A stretch of DNA of 64,000 nt, from assembly GCF_009914755.1 (NCBI RefSeq), contig NC_060947.1; one strand, written 5' to 3'. The DNA is from the human T2T-CHM13v2.0 reference genome, Homo sapiens. The position numbers and the translations under genes are program-made. Positions 35,301-50,769 of the stretch are shown in pieces (the stretch's first letter is position 1; each line of letters begins with the position of its first letter). The notes beneath the pieces were generated by a model. The model searched no databases and was not told the origin of the DNA. It saw only the letters and a program-made list of their open reading frames with translations.

Positions 35301-38300
35301 CTGGTATGTTAAAAAGCTATGAGTCCATAACAATACTCAACAACAACAACAAAGGTCCATATTGGTGACATTTGGAGGATGTCCAGGAACCAACTCATTT
35401 TCATGAAAGTCCATAAATGAAAGGGACAAAAATCAAAGATTAAAGTGAGGGTTAAGGGCACATGGTCAATATATGGAGCATAGGAAGAGTCAATGTTATT
35501 TTTGAGAACCAGCATTACTTCAGAAATAATGTCACTGAGGGGCAGAAGGTGTAAAAGTTAGCTAGCCAACAGGTACAGCTACATCCTCAGGCAAGGCCTT
35601 GTGTTTGAAGAGAGCACATGTAATAAAAAGCCACAGAGGGACCCGACAGAGAGAGATGCTGAAGATAAGACACACACAGGTGCACATCTACTTACTGAAC
35701 TCTGGCATCTCTGCACAATCCCTGTCTTGCAGTTGTGCTGCCAGAATTACAGGTGTTCTCAACATAAAGCAGCATGTGCTTCTCACCCAGACCACCTGGG
35801 TTTCCCATCAGGCCCCACCATATGTTGGTTGGTCCTCCCACACAGACATAGTAGTGAGTATCGTTTATGACATCATGTGCGTTCCTACTGGAACTTCCTG
35901 TGTCATTTTGGAATTCTGCCTACATCACTGCCATGCCACTGAGTGCATGGCATCAGCATCCCTGCTACGGCAGGGAAAGAATGGGATAAGAAGAAAACCA
36001 ACCCTTGCCCAGTGGCAACCAACATCTGCTCAGTGTTGGGCAGACTCACTAGGTTTCTCTTGACCTCCTCACAGAAATCCCATGAGAATTCTATCCACAG
36101 TCCCTTTTCAGATCGTGAATATTAGGCTCACAGATGTCATGTACATTTCCCAGTCAAGTAAGTGGCAGAACAGGAATTATGTCCTCACGTATATTGGTCT
36201 GCCTCTACACCCTGAGTGCTCCTCCAGAGACTGCACTGGTTCTCCCTTAAATGGAAAGCTTTCCGGTCTCATGGACAGATTTTTCCGAGCAGGCCAGGGA
36301 TGATGTTTTATGCTAGTCACTCCTGTTGGGGTGGGAACCAGGTTTCTTGGATAAAGTGGAGATCTCTGTCTTGGACCAGATGGGTGAAATCTCTTTGGGC
36401 CACGGGTTTTCAGATTTGGAGTCACTTTAGGCTGGTAGTGGTCTGGCATAGAATAAGGGCCTAATTAATATTTGTGAAAAGAATGCACGTGATGTAGTTT
36501 TGGGATCATCGACAAAAGCACTTTTGAGAATACATCCATCTGAACCATTTCTACCAACCTCTATTTATTTATTCCAGACCTATTCATGCTGCAGAACTAT
36601 TTCATAACCTGCTTGTAAAACTAAAATGAATTACATTTTTCTTCTGCAAAATTAATATTTTTTTCATTGATGTATCATTAGAAATAAGTACCTCCCTGTA
36701 GACTAAGTACCTCCCTGTAGACTAAGGCTAGAACTGCAGCTTTGAGGATCTCAGAGAAGGGGACTTTTGCAAATAGTGGTGACAAAAATGAGGAGAGGCA
36801 TTCCCTGAATCCAGTAGATAGAGCTTTCTGGACATCTGGTCTCCGTAGGAAGAATGTTTTGGACCTACAGGCATGCTGTGTTCACTCAGCCTTGTGACAG
36901 ACAGGAAGTACCATCCCTGTCTCAGAGAAAGGAAAGAGTGTGTGTCTGTGTGTCCGCGTTGCCCATGCAAGCAAGATTAGTGTTTTGTATTACATACTTT
37001 TAGAATTAGGTTACTGATACATGTACTCCAAATCATGTTGGTAAACACATTGCCAGACAACACTGGATCCCACTGCACATTTCGTTTACTGTGTTATGTA
37101 TTATATATGGCCAAATTTTGTTTCTTGTTCAGAATATGCTTTTTAGTGGTTTTTTTTTCTTTACCTCTTGGTGTTTTAATATTTGAGTTGATTGTTTTAA
37201 AATAAGAAAGTAGTACAGTTCTCTGTACAATAATGTAATGGAACAATATCCATGAGTTGACCAGGGTTACAGAGCACCCCCAGTGGGGGAGGCCAAAAAA
37301 CCCAGTGGAACACAGCTTGGGCTTTGAAGTGGGGCTAAGATTTTGAGTCCCTGCTCTACACTTTCCCAGGAAAAGCACATGAATACTTTTAAGCATAAAG
37401 TGATATTTTCCTAAGGATTTTCAGTGATATTTACACCAATATACACTTGCACTAACCATGTGTGAGTCTAATTTTCTGCAATATGCCTAACCATTCAGAA
37501 GTCATTCTTACAATGATCTGGATATTTCACTTTTTGAATTTATTACATAAATCACTCTCTGCCTAAATATATACATATGTTTATATGGCTGTGCTTTACA
37601 GGTTGTTTGGGACAGAAGGATGACGGGACCAGAGAGTGGCTAATATTGTTAAGGGAGAAGTAGAAATGATTGTCCTTGGAATCAAGTAGGCATGGCAAGG
37701 AAAGGGCATGAGTACCTGACATACAGACTAAAAAGGCCAAGGAATGGATGTGTGGGTCAGAAAGAAGAGGGTGAGTACAGAGAAGACAACAAAACACACA
37801 TTGAAAAAGCCTCCAGGGAAATGAATTCATCCTGGTGATACATCCCCCTCTGGAAACCTTCCTTCCTTCCTTTCCATGTATGTCTTATCTGTCCCTGTTA
37901 CTTCACTTCCAGTTGAACACCAGAGAAACAGTTCCCACACAGTCTCAAAAAGGAGAGATGGTACCGGGCAACAGTGTGCATTGATAAGTCTCTTGCACAG
38001 AAGGCTGGAGTCAGGGGTCATTGGTTTCAGACACAACACCCATCGTTGGCCACCAGACTTTGAGTGGGCTCTGTCGCACCGCTCATTTCAGCCTTGACAC
38101 AGAGTCGCACATTATTGGTTATGGGCCTAGGATTTGAGGTCAGATCCACCAGGATTTCAATCCTGGTGCTAAATTCTGTGATCCAAGGCAAGTAATTGAC
38201 CTCATTGTGACTCAAGTTCTTGTTTGTTTTCCCCCTAACTCAAAGATAGTAACAGTTTCTACCTCCTGGGTTAGTGTAAAAATTAAATGAGTTAACACAT

Positions 38301-39244
38301 GGAAATACATAAAAAGCACCTGAAGAAATGCCTGTGACCTAACAAGCACTATAAATAAGTTTTCTATTGCTATGTCAAGAACTTAGTACAACATCTGGCA
38401 TTTATTGAGGAAGAAATATGTCTTAGTTGCATTTGTTGTTATTAATCCTCCTGGAAATGAGGAGGAATACAGATGAGTGTATAGGGACAAATTGCTGTGT
38501 TGGCTACTAATGTGTTTTATTAAGTGGCAATATTAAAACAAGAAAACCATGTTGGAAAATAATCTGACATACTGATTAAGGAAATCAAAATAAGAAGCTC
38601 AGAGACTGAAATATGTATATGGAAAGCTTCAATGGTGGTGGGGGGGATTTAAGTTTCTAATTTCCAACTTCATTATTCAAGAAATTGTTCTGGTTTAAGT
38701 GGTAGACTTGGAAAATAAAGCTAGAGTATTCCTCATACTACATGACACAATGTGGAAAAAAGTCCAGGATATAAAATTGAATATTCTAGACTGACATCAG
38801 CATGATCTCAAGCTAGAAAGCTACAAGTTGTCCTTCCATATACATCTTGAGTTAACAATACATGGATCAGAATACCTCTGACAATTCTAGAGACAAGTTG
38901 GGAAGCTATAGCACTTAGGCTATTGTAAAACCCAGAGGAATACTGCAAACGGGGTAGGAAAATTTGTGGTATTTAGGGCATCCATTAATGTTTCTCCTAT
39001 GTGGCATAGCACGGAATGACCATGAGAAACTTCTGTACCCAGGCTCCTTCCTCATAATGGAAAAAATAGTGGGCTATATGTCCAACGTTCTGGTTCATCT
39101 GAAAGCTTCCCAAGGGGCTAGTTTCTGTCTTGCCTGACTCAAGAGCTGATGGGACCCATGCAATATTTTGGACACTGCTGAAAACAGAAGTAAGAAGCAT
39201 GTTAGAGTTTCCATTCCACAGGCAGATGTCAGGGGGAACAATAG

Positions 39245-39590
<346 letters not shown>

Positions 39591-41171
39591 TGGACTGATT
39601 ATTGATAGTCTTCTCTTGCACGATGCTAGTATACAAAGACTGCGTGAGGTGGCTTGTTTTTCAAATACTCAAATTCTAACAAAAAATAGGAAGGCATACA
39701 GAGGAACATGGCCCAATCAAAAGAAGAAATTAAACTCTAGAAACCAACCTAAAGAAACACAGATCTATGAGCTGCCTGACAAAGAATTTAAAATAACTGC
39801 CATAAAGATACTCAGTGAACTAAAAGAGAACATAGATATACAGATAAGTAACATGAATAAAAGAATGGATTAACAAAATGAGAATATCAATGAAAAACAG
39901 AAACTATTAAAAAAGAAATTTTAGAGCTAAAAAATACAATAATGAAACTAATATTTATTAAAGGGATTTAACAGCACAACTGATCTGGCAGAAGAAATAA
40001 TCAGCAAACGTAAATATAGGTCATTTGAAAAACCAAGTTAGAGAAGGAAAAAGAAAAAGCAATGAAGAAAAGTAAAGAGAACACTTGGGACATGATCAAG
40101 CAGGCAAGACATGCATTATGGAAATTCCAGAAGGAAAAGAGAGATAGAAAGAAGCAAATAGCTTATTTGAAGAAATAATGGCCAAAAACTTTCCAAATCT
40201 GGAAAAGGAAATGGATATATAGATTTTAAAAGCTCAAATATCTTCAACTCGGAAAATAAAAATAAAATGAGACACATTATAATGAAACTGTCTGAAGTCA
40301 AAAATAGAATCTTAAAAGCAGCAAGAGAAAAGTGATTTGTTGCAATGGAGCTTCCATAAGATTATCAGTGTATTTCTCAGCAGAAAATTTGCAGGCAAGA
40401 AGACAGTGGGATGACACATTCAAACTGCTTTAAGAAAAATAACTGTCAATCAAGAATAATGTATTAAGAAAAGCTATACTTCAAAATTGAAGGGGAAACA
40501 AGACTTTCCCAGATAAACAAAAGCTGAGGAAGTTCATTACTGCCAGACCTGCTCTAAAGACATGCTAAAAAGAGTCCTTCAAATTGAAGTAGGACAGTAG
40601 ACACAAAGCTGTACAAAAATATAAGGTTCATCAGTAAAGGTACACAAATGGATGAATAAAATAACTGGCACTATTGTAATTTTATGCACAGAATTTAAAT
40701 GACAAAAACATTTTTTAAAAATATAAACCTATTTTAATGAGTACATAATATATGAAGATGTAATTTGCCACATCAATAACATAAAATGGGAAGTGTGGAG
40801 TTGTAAAGGAGAATTTTGTATGCAATTTGCAGTTAAGTTGTTATCAATTTAAAATATAATGCTATACCTTTAATTTAATATGTTTTATGTAATTGCAGTG
40901 GTAAACCACAGAGAAAATATCTACAGGATACACATAAGAGCAAACAAGAAGGGAATCAAAGCATACCATTACAAAAAAAAATTGATGAAACACAAAGGAA
41001 GTCAGTAAGAGAGGAAAAGAGGCACAAAAAAGCTGCAAGACATATAGAAAACAATTAACAAAATGATAATTACTATCAGTAAGTACTTTAAATGGAATTG
41101 GATTAAACTCCCCAATCAAAATACCTAGATATGCTGAGTGGGTTAAAAAAAAAGACAATTAATTAAAAAAA

Positions 41172-41570
41172 AATTTTATTTTAAGTTCCGGGATACATGG
41201 GCAGAACATGCAGGTTTGTTACATAGGTATATGTGTGCCACCTTGGCTTGCTGCACCTATTGATTGACCCTTCATCTAGGTTCCCTCCCCTCGCACCCCA
41301 CTCCCCAACAGGCCCCAGTGTGTGTTGTTTCCCTCTCCGTGTCCATGTGTTCTCATTGTTCAACTCCCACTTATGAGTGAGAACATGTTGTGTTTGGTTT
41401 TCTGTTTCTGTGTTAGTTTGCTGAGGATGATGGCTTCCAGCTTCATTCATGTCCCTGCATAGGACATGATCTCACTCCTTTTTATGGCTGCATAGTATTC
41501 CATGGTGTATATGTACCATATTTTCTTTGTCCAGTCTATCATTGATGGGCATTTGGGTTGGCTCCATGTG
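41172..41570 (-). mobile_element. L1PA (PA8-era) 3' end
   Basis: L1 3'UTR sequence in antisense, within the L1M host. Confidence 0.9.
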
Positions 41571-42249
41571 AAACAGACAAATTTTAAATTAAGAAAAGAC
41601 TGTTACAAGAGACAAAAAGGACATTATATAATGATAAACGGTTGATTCACCAAGAAGATATAATAAGTATAAGTATTTAGGCACCAAACCTCAGAGCTAT
41701 TAAGTACATGAATCAAATTTTGAAAGAATTAAAGTGAGAAAAAGATAGCCACATAATAGCAGGATACTTAGATACCTAACTTTCAACAATAGACAAAACA
41801 ACCAGATAGAAGATCAATAAGAAATCAGAGGATTGAACAACACTAGTTTAACTGCACCTAACATATGTATACAAAACACTGCACCCAACAACAGCAGAAT
41901 ATACACACTTATCAAGTGCACATGGAACATTCTATAGGATAGATGATATTAGGCCACAAAACAAGTCTTAACAAATTCAAGAAGATTGCAGTCAAACAAA
42001 GTATCTTTTCCTATCACAATGGAATAAAACTAGAAATCAATAGTATAAGGAAAACTAAAAGTCTACAAATATGTGGAAATTAAACTACATACTCCAATAA
42101 ATTGGCCAAAGAAGAAGTCACAGAGGAAGCTAGAAAATACTTTGAGACGAATGAAAATGAAAACACAACATACGAAAAATTATGGGATAGAGCAAAAGCA
42201 ATGCTAAGAGGTAAATGCATGGGTGTAAATGTGTATATTAAAAAGAAGA

Positions 42250-42556
<307 letters not shown>

Positions 42557-43284
42557 TCAATCAACAATCTATCTTTATACCTCAAGGAAATTTTTAGTTC
42601 AAGGAACAAACAAACCAAACCCACAGATAGCAGAAGGAAGAAAATAATGAAGATAAGAGCAAAAATCCATTAATTAGAGAATTAAAAAATCTCAGAAAAA
42701 AATCAACAAAATGAAGAGTTGGTCTGTTGAGAAGATAAACAAAATTGACAAAACCTCAGCTTGATAATCTAATAAAAAAGATGGAAGACTCAAATAAAAT
42801 TAAAAGGGCACACTGCAACCAATGATACAGAAATAAAAAGGATTATGATAGAATACTATGAACAATTTTGCAGGAACAAATTTGGAAAACCTGAAAGAAA
42901 GGGATAAATTCCTAAAAACACGCAACCTACCAAGACTGAATCATAAAGAAACAGAAAATTTGAACAGACCAATAACAAATGAAGAGGTTGATTCAGTAAT
43001 CAAAAACTTCCCAATAAAGAAAAGCTGGGGCCAGATGGCTTCACTGGAGAATTATACCAAAACTTAAGAATTAACACCAATTCTCCTTAAACACTTCCAA
43101 AAAATTGAAGAAGAGGGAATACTTCCAAGCTCTTTCTATGAGGAAAGTATTGCCCTGATACCAAAGCCAGACAAAGACACTAAAAGAAAAGAAAACTACA
43201 CAATATCCCTAATGAATATTGATACAAAGGTCCTCAACAAAATACTTGCAAACTGAATTCAGCAACACATTGAAAAGATTATAG

Positions 43285-43500
43285 GCCAGGTGTGGTGGCT
43301 CACACCTGTAATCCCAGCACTTTGGGAGGCTAAGCAGGAGGATCACTTTAGGCCAGGTGTTCAAAACCAGCCCAGCTACTCAGAAAGCTGAAGCAGGAGG
43401 ATTGCTCGAGTCCAGGAGTTTGAGGTTATGGAGAGCCGTGATTGTGCCACTGCACTCCAGCTGGAGTGACAGAGTGAGACCCTGTCTCAAAAAAAAAAAA
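43285..43500 (+). mobile_element. AluJ with an internal deletion across the linker
   Basis: Left arm joins right arm at the CCAGC microhomology near 43370. Confidence 0.85.
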
Positions 43501-44135
43501 GGTTTATTCACCATGACCAAGTGGGATTTATTCCTGGGATGCAAGGATGGTTCAACATATGAAAATCAATGTAACATAAAACATTAACAAGATGAAGTAT
43601 AGAAACCACATGATCATCACAACTGATGCAGAAAAAGCATTGAATAAGATTCAATATCATTTCATGAGAAAAATACTCACCAAACTAAGACTAAAAAGAA
43701 ACTACCTCAACATAATAAAGGCTATTTATGAAAAGCCCACAGCTAACATTATACTCAATTGTGAAAGATTGAAAGACACACACACATGCACACACACATA
43801 CGTATACACACAGACACACTCACATGGCCATCCTTTTTTGTTTTTACCTTTTTAGTCTCTATAGTAAAGGAAAGCATAGCACATAAGAGTGTGAGTGCTG
43901 GAATAGTTGCCAAGTGAGCCAATTCATAGTATATTTTACAAAATCTTTTTTTCTATTGTAATTGGTATATTCCCAATGAAAATGGTGTTTTCTCTATTTT
44001 GCAAGTATTTTATATTATTCTTATACCCAGTAAGTTTAATTTCTATTATTAATTATAATTTTCTATAGATTCCATAGTTTTATATAAAGATGATTATATT
44101 AAGACTTGTTTTCTTTTTTATCCCTTTTATACATT

Positions 44136-44141
<6 letters not shown>

Positions 44142-44199
<58 letters not shown>
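44142..44199. repeat. Long perfect (TG)n microsatellite
   Basis: About 29 uninterrupted units, directly visible. Confidence 0.95.
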
Positions 44200-44200
<1 letters not shown>

Positions 44201-44826
44201 ATGTATTTATATTGGCTTACTTTACTGCCTGGAAAACAGTAAGAATCTGAACAGAAGTGGTTATATGAGTCATACTTGTCTCTTTTCTGATTTAAAAATG
44301 GAAAGCCATTAATGTTTCACTATTATGTATGGTATTTGCTGCTTTTTAAAAAATACCCATTATCAATTTAAAGAAATGTATTTCTATTCCTGGTTAGCTG
44401 GGAGTGATTGCTATTGTTGCTGTTTAGTCTTGATTGGTTGTTGAATTGCATTGTATACTTTTTTTCTGGATCTTTTGTGATAATTGTCCTTTTCTCCCTC
44501 CTTTATTCTATTGAAGTGTTGAATTATATTATGGATCTCCTTATGTTAGGCCAATATTCCAAGCTTAGGTTAAACACAATTTTCTCATGCTGTATTATCT
44601 CTTTTAGCCACTACAGAATTTAGTTTGCTATCATCTTATTTCTATATTTACATTTACATAATTAATTGAGATGGAGTAGTAATTTTGAATTCCATGTCAA
44701 GAAAACATTTAATATTTTCTATTTCTTTAACATAAAAATTATATATTTTTTTCTGGAAATTAATCTAAATTTTCAAATTATCAGCATATCTTTTTAATAA
44801 CATTATCTTTTTTTTCTCTAGCCACC

Positions 44827-46879
<2,053 letters not shown>

Positions 46880-48095
46880 TAACTCTCTGCTGTAGCTGCA
46901 AGTGTGACAGCTTTTCATTCCAAAAGTGGTTTATTTGTGCCATAGCTCTAATTTTCTTGATTCATATTGCCAGAAGATTTTTTATTACCTTATCTTTTGA
47001 AAGCATTGACATCTACCATTTTTATTTAACTCTTTCATATATCTTATTATTTTCATTAAATTTGTTGTTATTTACATTATTTGTTCCTTGACAATAATGG
47101 AAAGATGAGATAGTTTTATTAGACATATCATAAATGAACAGTCTTTTCATCTACCATTAGGTTTTACCTTATAATGATTATCTGTGAATAGATATACCAA
47201 TATTCAATACATTTATTTACTTGGAAAAGACTTGTGGCTTACCAATCCTTGAGATTTTTAACCAATTCCATCATGTCTATTTAATTCCATTACTGGAATA
47301 TCAGCCACTGAGGTTTAGGGGTTGCTGATAAGCACAGCATTACCTAGCCTCTCCTGACTTATATATCTCATCTGTAAATTTAAATGACACCCTCTTTGGA
47401 TTTTTCTGTGAGTTAAATGCAATAACTTTCATGATGAGGTTATCATAGTGCTTGACACACAACAGGGACTCAAAAATGGCAGCTATAATTATTAAATAAT
47501 AACATTATTTTTAGAAAATGTAGAAAATTTGTATAAAATGAACAAATTTGCATCTGTTCATCCTGACAGGTAAGTTGTAACCTGCTTTCAAGGGTGAGGT
47601 ACTTTATTTATTGGTATAGACAACACTTCCTAATGAAATGTTAGGCTCTTATTTCTTGAAGTACTTATGCACTTATTTCTTGCCATCATGATATTAGAAA
47701 TATGCTTATAAGTTAGGGGTACTTATAAAGAATGAAAATTGGAAAGAGTCAAGCAAGAGAGAGATTGGCTAATGAAATAAAATGAGCTAAAGAGCAATAA
47801 GTAACTCCTTACTGAGAAGAATAGATTATAATTATTATTTTTATAATATAATTACTAGTAAACATACATTCCATTGTTCTTTGTAAACAAAGGTATAAGA
47901 TATTAATGTGGCAGAAGATACTTAGTTTGAACAGGATTTCCCACAGTGTTTTGTGACTAACACTAGTACCTCAACTACTCATTGGAAAAATACTCAATTT
48001 CCATATAAGTTGGGGAAACTACCCCTCCTTTTGAAATTCATGTTTCATATCAGCATATTATCTAAAAAATTGCTATTATATGGAAATCCTTTTAC

Positions 48096-48184
48096 CCTCA
48101 GTTTTGTGTGTCTTACATTTCTTTAATGGTAGAGTATACTTTTGTTGTTGCTGTCTCTCAGACCTAGTGTTTTCCAGAACAAAC
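48096..48184 (-). pseudogene. NXF5: Decayed homologue of the NXF2 start-codon exon (5'UTR exon of NXF5)
   Basis: GTA TAC TCT ACC A TTA AAG AAA TGT AAG ACA CAC AAA ACT GAG G|GTAAAG gives VYST/LKKCKTHKTE, versus NXF2 MCSTLKKCGTYRTEV as recalled. Acceptor AG at 48185-48186. Confidence 0.75.
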
Positions 48185-48947
48185 CTGGAAATGCTGAAAT
48201 GAGAGAAAAATAAAATGGATTATTTAAGCTACATGTAATATAAAATATCTCAAGTTTAACCTTATTTCAAACAACAGTTAAATCTACCATAAATGTAAAC
48301 GCAATCCTTTATTTGAAGAACTTTATTCATTTAGTACCATCTTCATGAATTTTTAAAAATGAGAATATCGCCTATAATTTTGCTTAAATCTTTTTTTAAA
48401 ATGATTCACTATTTTTTTCCACATGGAGGAAAAGTGAGAGTTTTCAAGAAGGAGTCTAAAAAGCAATTGTTAGAAAAATTGGAGCGAGGGGTTGTGGTGC
48501 AGAAGAAAATAGTGTCTGGCTGGACTAGTTTAAGCTATTTAGAGATCCCAAGCACAACAAGATTATGGCATCCTATTCCATATGTACTTTGAAAACAAAC
48601 GGACTTCCAAGTAAACATAAGAACAAATTTCGAGTCTTCACCTGATGGCTACTTTCACATTTTTATCAATATATCAAATTCTTTTTTAAAAGTCTTTCTC
48701 CCTCCCTCTTTACAAAATCAAATAAGACATAGAAATTAATATTGTATTGGGAATCATCTATACAAACTGGCGTCTAGGGAGTCTCAAGTGTCCTTAATAA
48801 CAGCATGGTCAGAGGAAGAGCAAAGGACATCATGCTGATTCATCCAGCATTGAATCAGGAAGGCCTTTAGTGTGTGTTGCGGGAGGGGGTTTCCCACCTA
48901 GGCTCTACAGCCCTGTGGCTGAGATGACTTAGAAGTCCATGAATCCA

Positions 48948-49301
48948 CAATGGTTGAACTAGTTTACAGTCCCACCAACAGTGTAAAAGTGTTCCTATTT
49001 CTCCACATCCTCTCAGTAAACTATCGCAAGAACAAAAAACCAAACACCGCATATTCTCACTCATAGGTGGGAATTGAACAATGAGATCACATGGACACAG
49101 GAAGGGGAATATCACACTCTGGGGACTGTGGTGGGGTCGGGGGAGGGGGGAGGGATAGCATTGGGAGATATACCTAATGCTAGATGACACGTTAGTGGGT
49201 GCAGCGCACCAGCATGGCACATGTATACATATGTAACTAACCTGCACAATGTGCACATGTACCCTAAAACTTAGAGTATAATAAAAAAAAAAAAAAAAAA
49301 A
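48948..49301 (+). mobile_element. L1HS pre-Ta, 5'-truncated with 5' inversion
   Basis: ACG diagnostic at 49189-49191, G at 49274, pure A tail, 17-bp TSD AGAAGTCCATGAATCCA. Confidence 0.92.
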
Positions 49302-50769
49302 AGAAGTCCATGAATCCATGCTGTCTTCCCTAACCCACCTCACCGCCAACTCCCTTAGCCGCACCTTCTGCCCCAGTGCTTTCTACTCCTCCACTTCACT
49401 TTCTACCAACAATAGCTCCTATGAGTTCAGGATCAAGACAGATACACACACACACACACACACACACACTGCCAGGCATACAAAAGTTTGGCCAGATTCA
49501 GAAAGCCCTCTGTCTCCACTTAACCCCCTCTCAGGCTCTCTGCTATTTGGAGGCCACTTGGCCACCCCTTAAAGTTCAATTCTATGAGTAATCATCTAGT
49601 ACTAGCCAGAATACCAAAATACCACCTAGTGTGGCAGAATATAGGAGTTGGTGGAAAAGTTGGGATTGCAGCCAGAGTCTGATCAACTATCAGCCTTAGC
49701 GAGAGCTCTGATCATAATTCTAAAGATCTTCTGCACCTGTAGCTCAGACTCTTCAGAAGGCCAAACATGGCTACAATACTTAATCGGCAGGGTCTGGTGC
49801 ATGACCACAGGGAAGGTCACATGACTCCAGGATCCGTGTAACGCGTAAGTGTGGGGCCCTACCTGGCTGCTAGGTGCTTGCCTGGCAGGAGCTACATGAT
49901 TGTAAGAATCAAGTGACCTCAGGGTTCAGGAGTCTTCAATTTTTATGTGACTAAAAGGGTTGAGCCACATGGTGATAGTGTGGCACGTGACCATAGGATT
50001 CACATGTACAATAGCCATAGTATAGCTCTGGTGCTCACATGACTGCAAGGGCTTTGCCTGCTGCGTGATGGTAGGAGCCATATGGCTGCCGACACATGGA
50101 TCTGCAGAGTTCAGCTGCTCACAATCTTCACGTGAGAGAGCTGAGCCTGACACTGTGTTTGTTATGGGGAGGGATGTACTTGACCATAGCATTTACATGA
50201 CCCTAAATAGTAGGCCATATATAGGACTTTGGGGGCTGAGACTTCCACATGCTGGTAGTTAGTGATGACCACCTGACAGCATTCAAGTGAACGGCAGGTT
50301 TCAGGACTCTAGTGACTAGAACAGCTGGAACCACAACATGATCATACTGGCAACATGACCAGAAAGATCACTTGACCTCAGAGTTTAAAAGTCCATGGTG
50401 CTGCCATGACCAGTAGGGCTGTAGTTGTAGGGCTCCTAATCATATTGTCCTCATGATGGCAACTTCCAAGTGATCTGCAGCCTTAGGGACTGACAAGGCT
50501 CCAGTGCCCAGGAGGGATGTGTCAGCTTGGGTTATCTTCCTGACAGTAGGGTCCCGTGACAGTAGGGTTCTTCTGATCTGCAGGCTTTAGGGCACCATTC
50601 TGTTCATAAGACCTGGAGCTCTGAGATTGCCCACATTACTGAGATGGTGGTGCCTCCAGGTGATCTGCCACAGCATACAAGCTTGGGCTTTAGCTACCTT
50701 CACCCCTCCTTGATGTGTTAATTTTACGTGGTTTTTTTTTCTAATAACACATAAAATATAAGGGAACTC

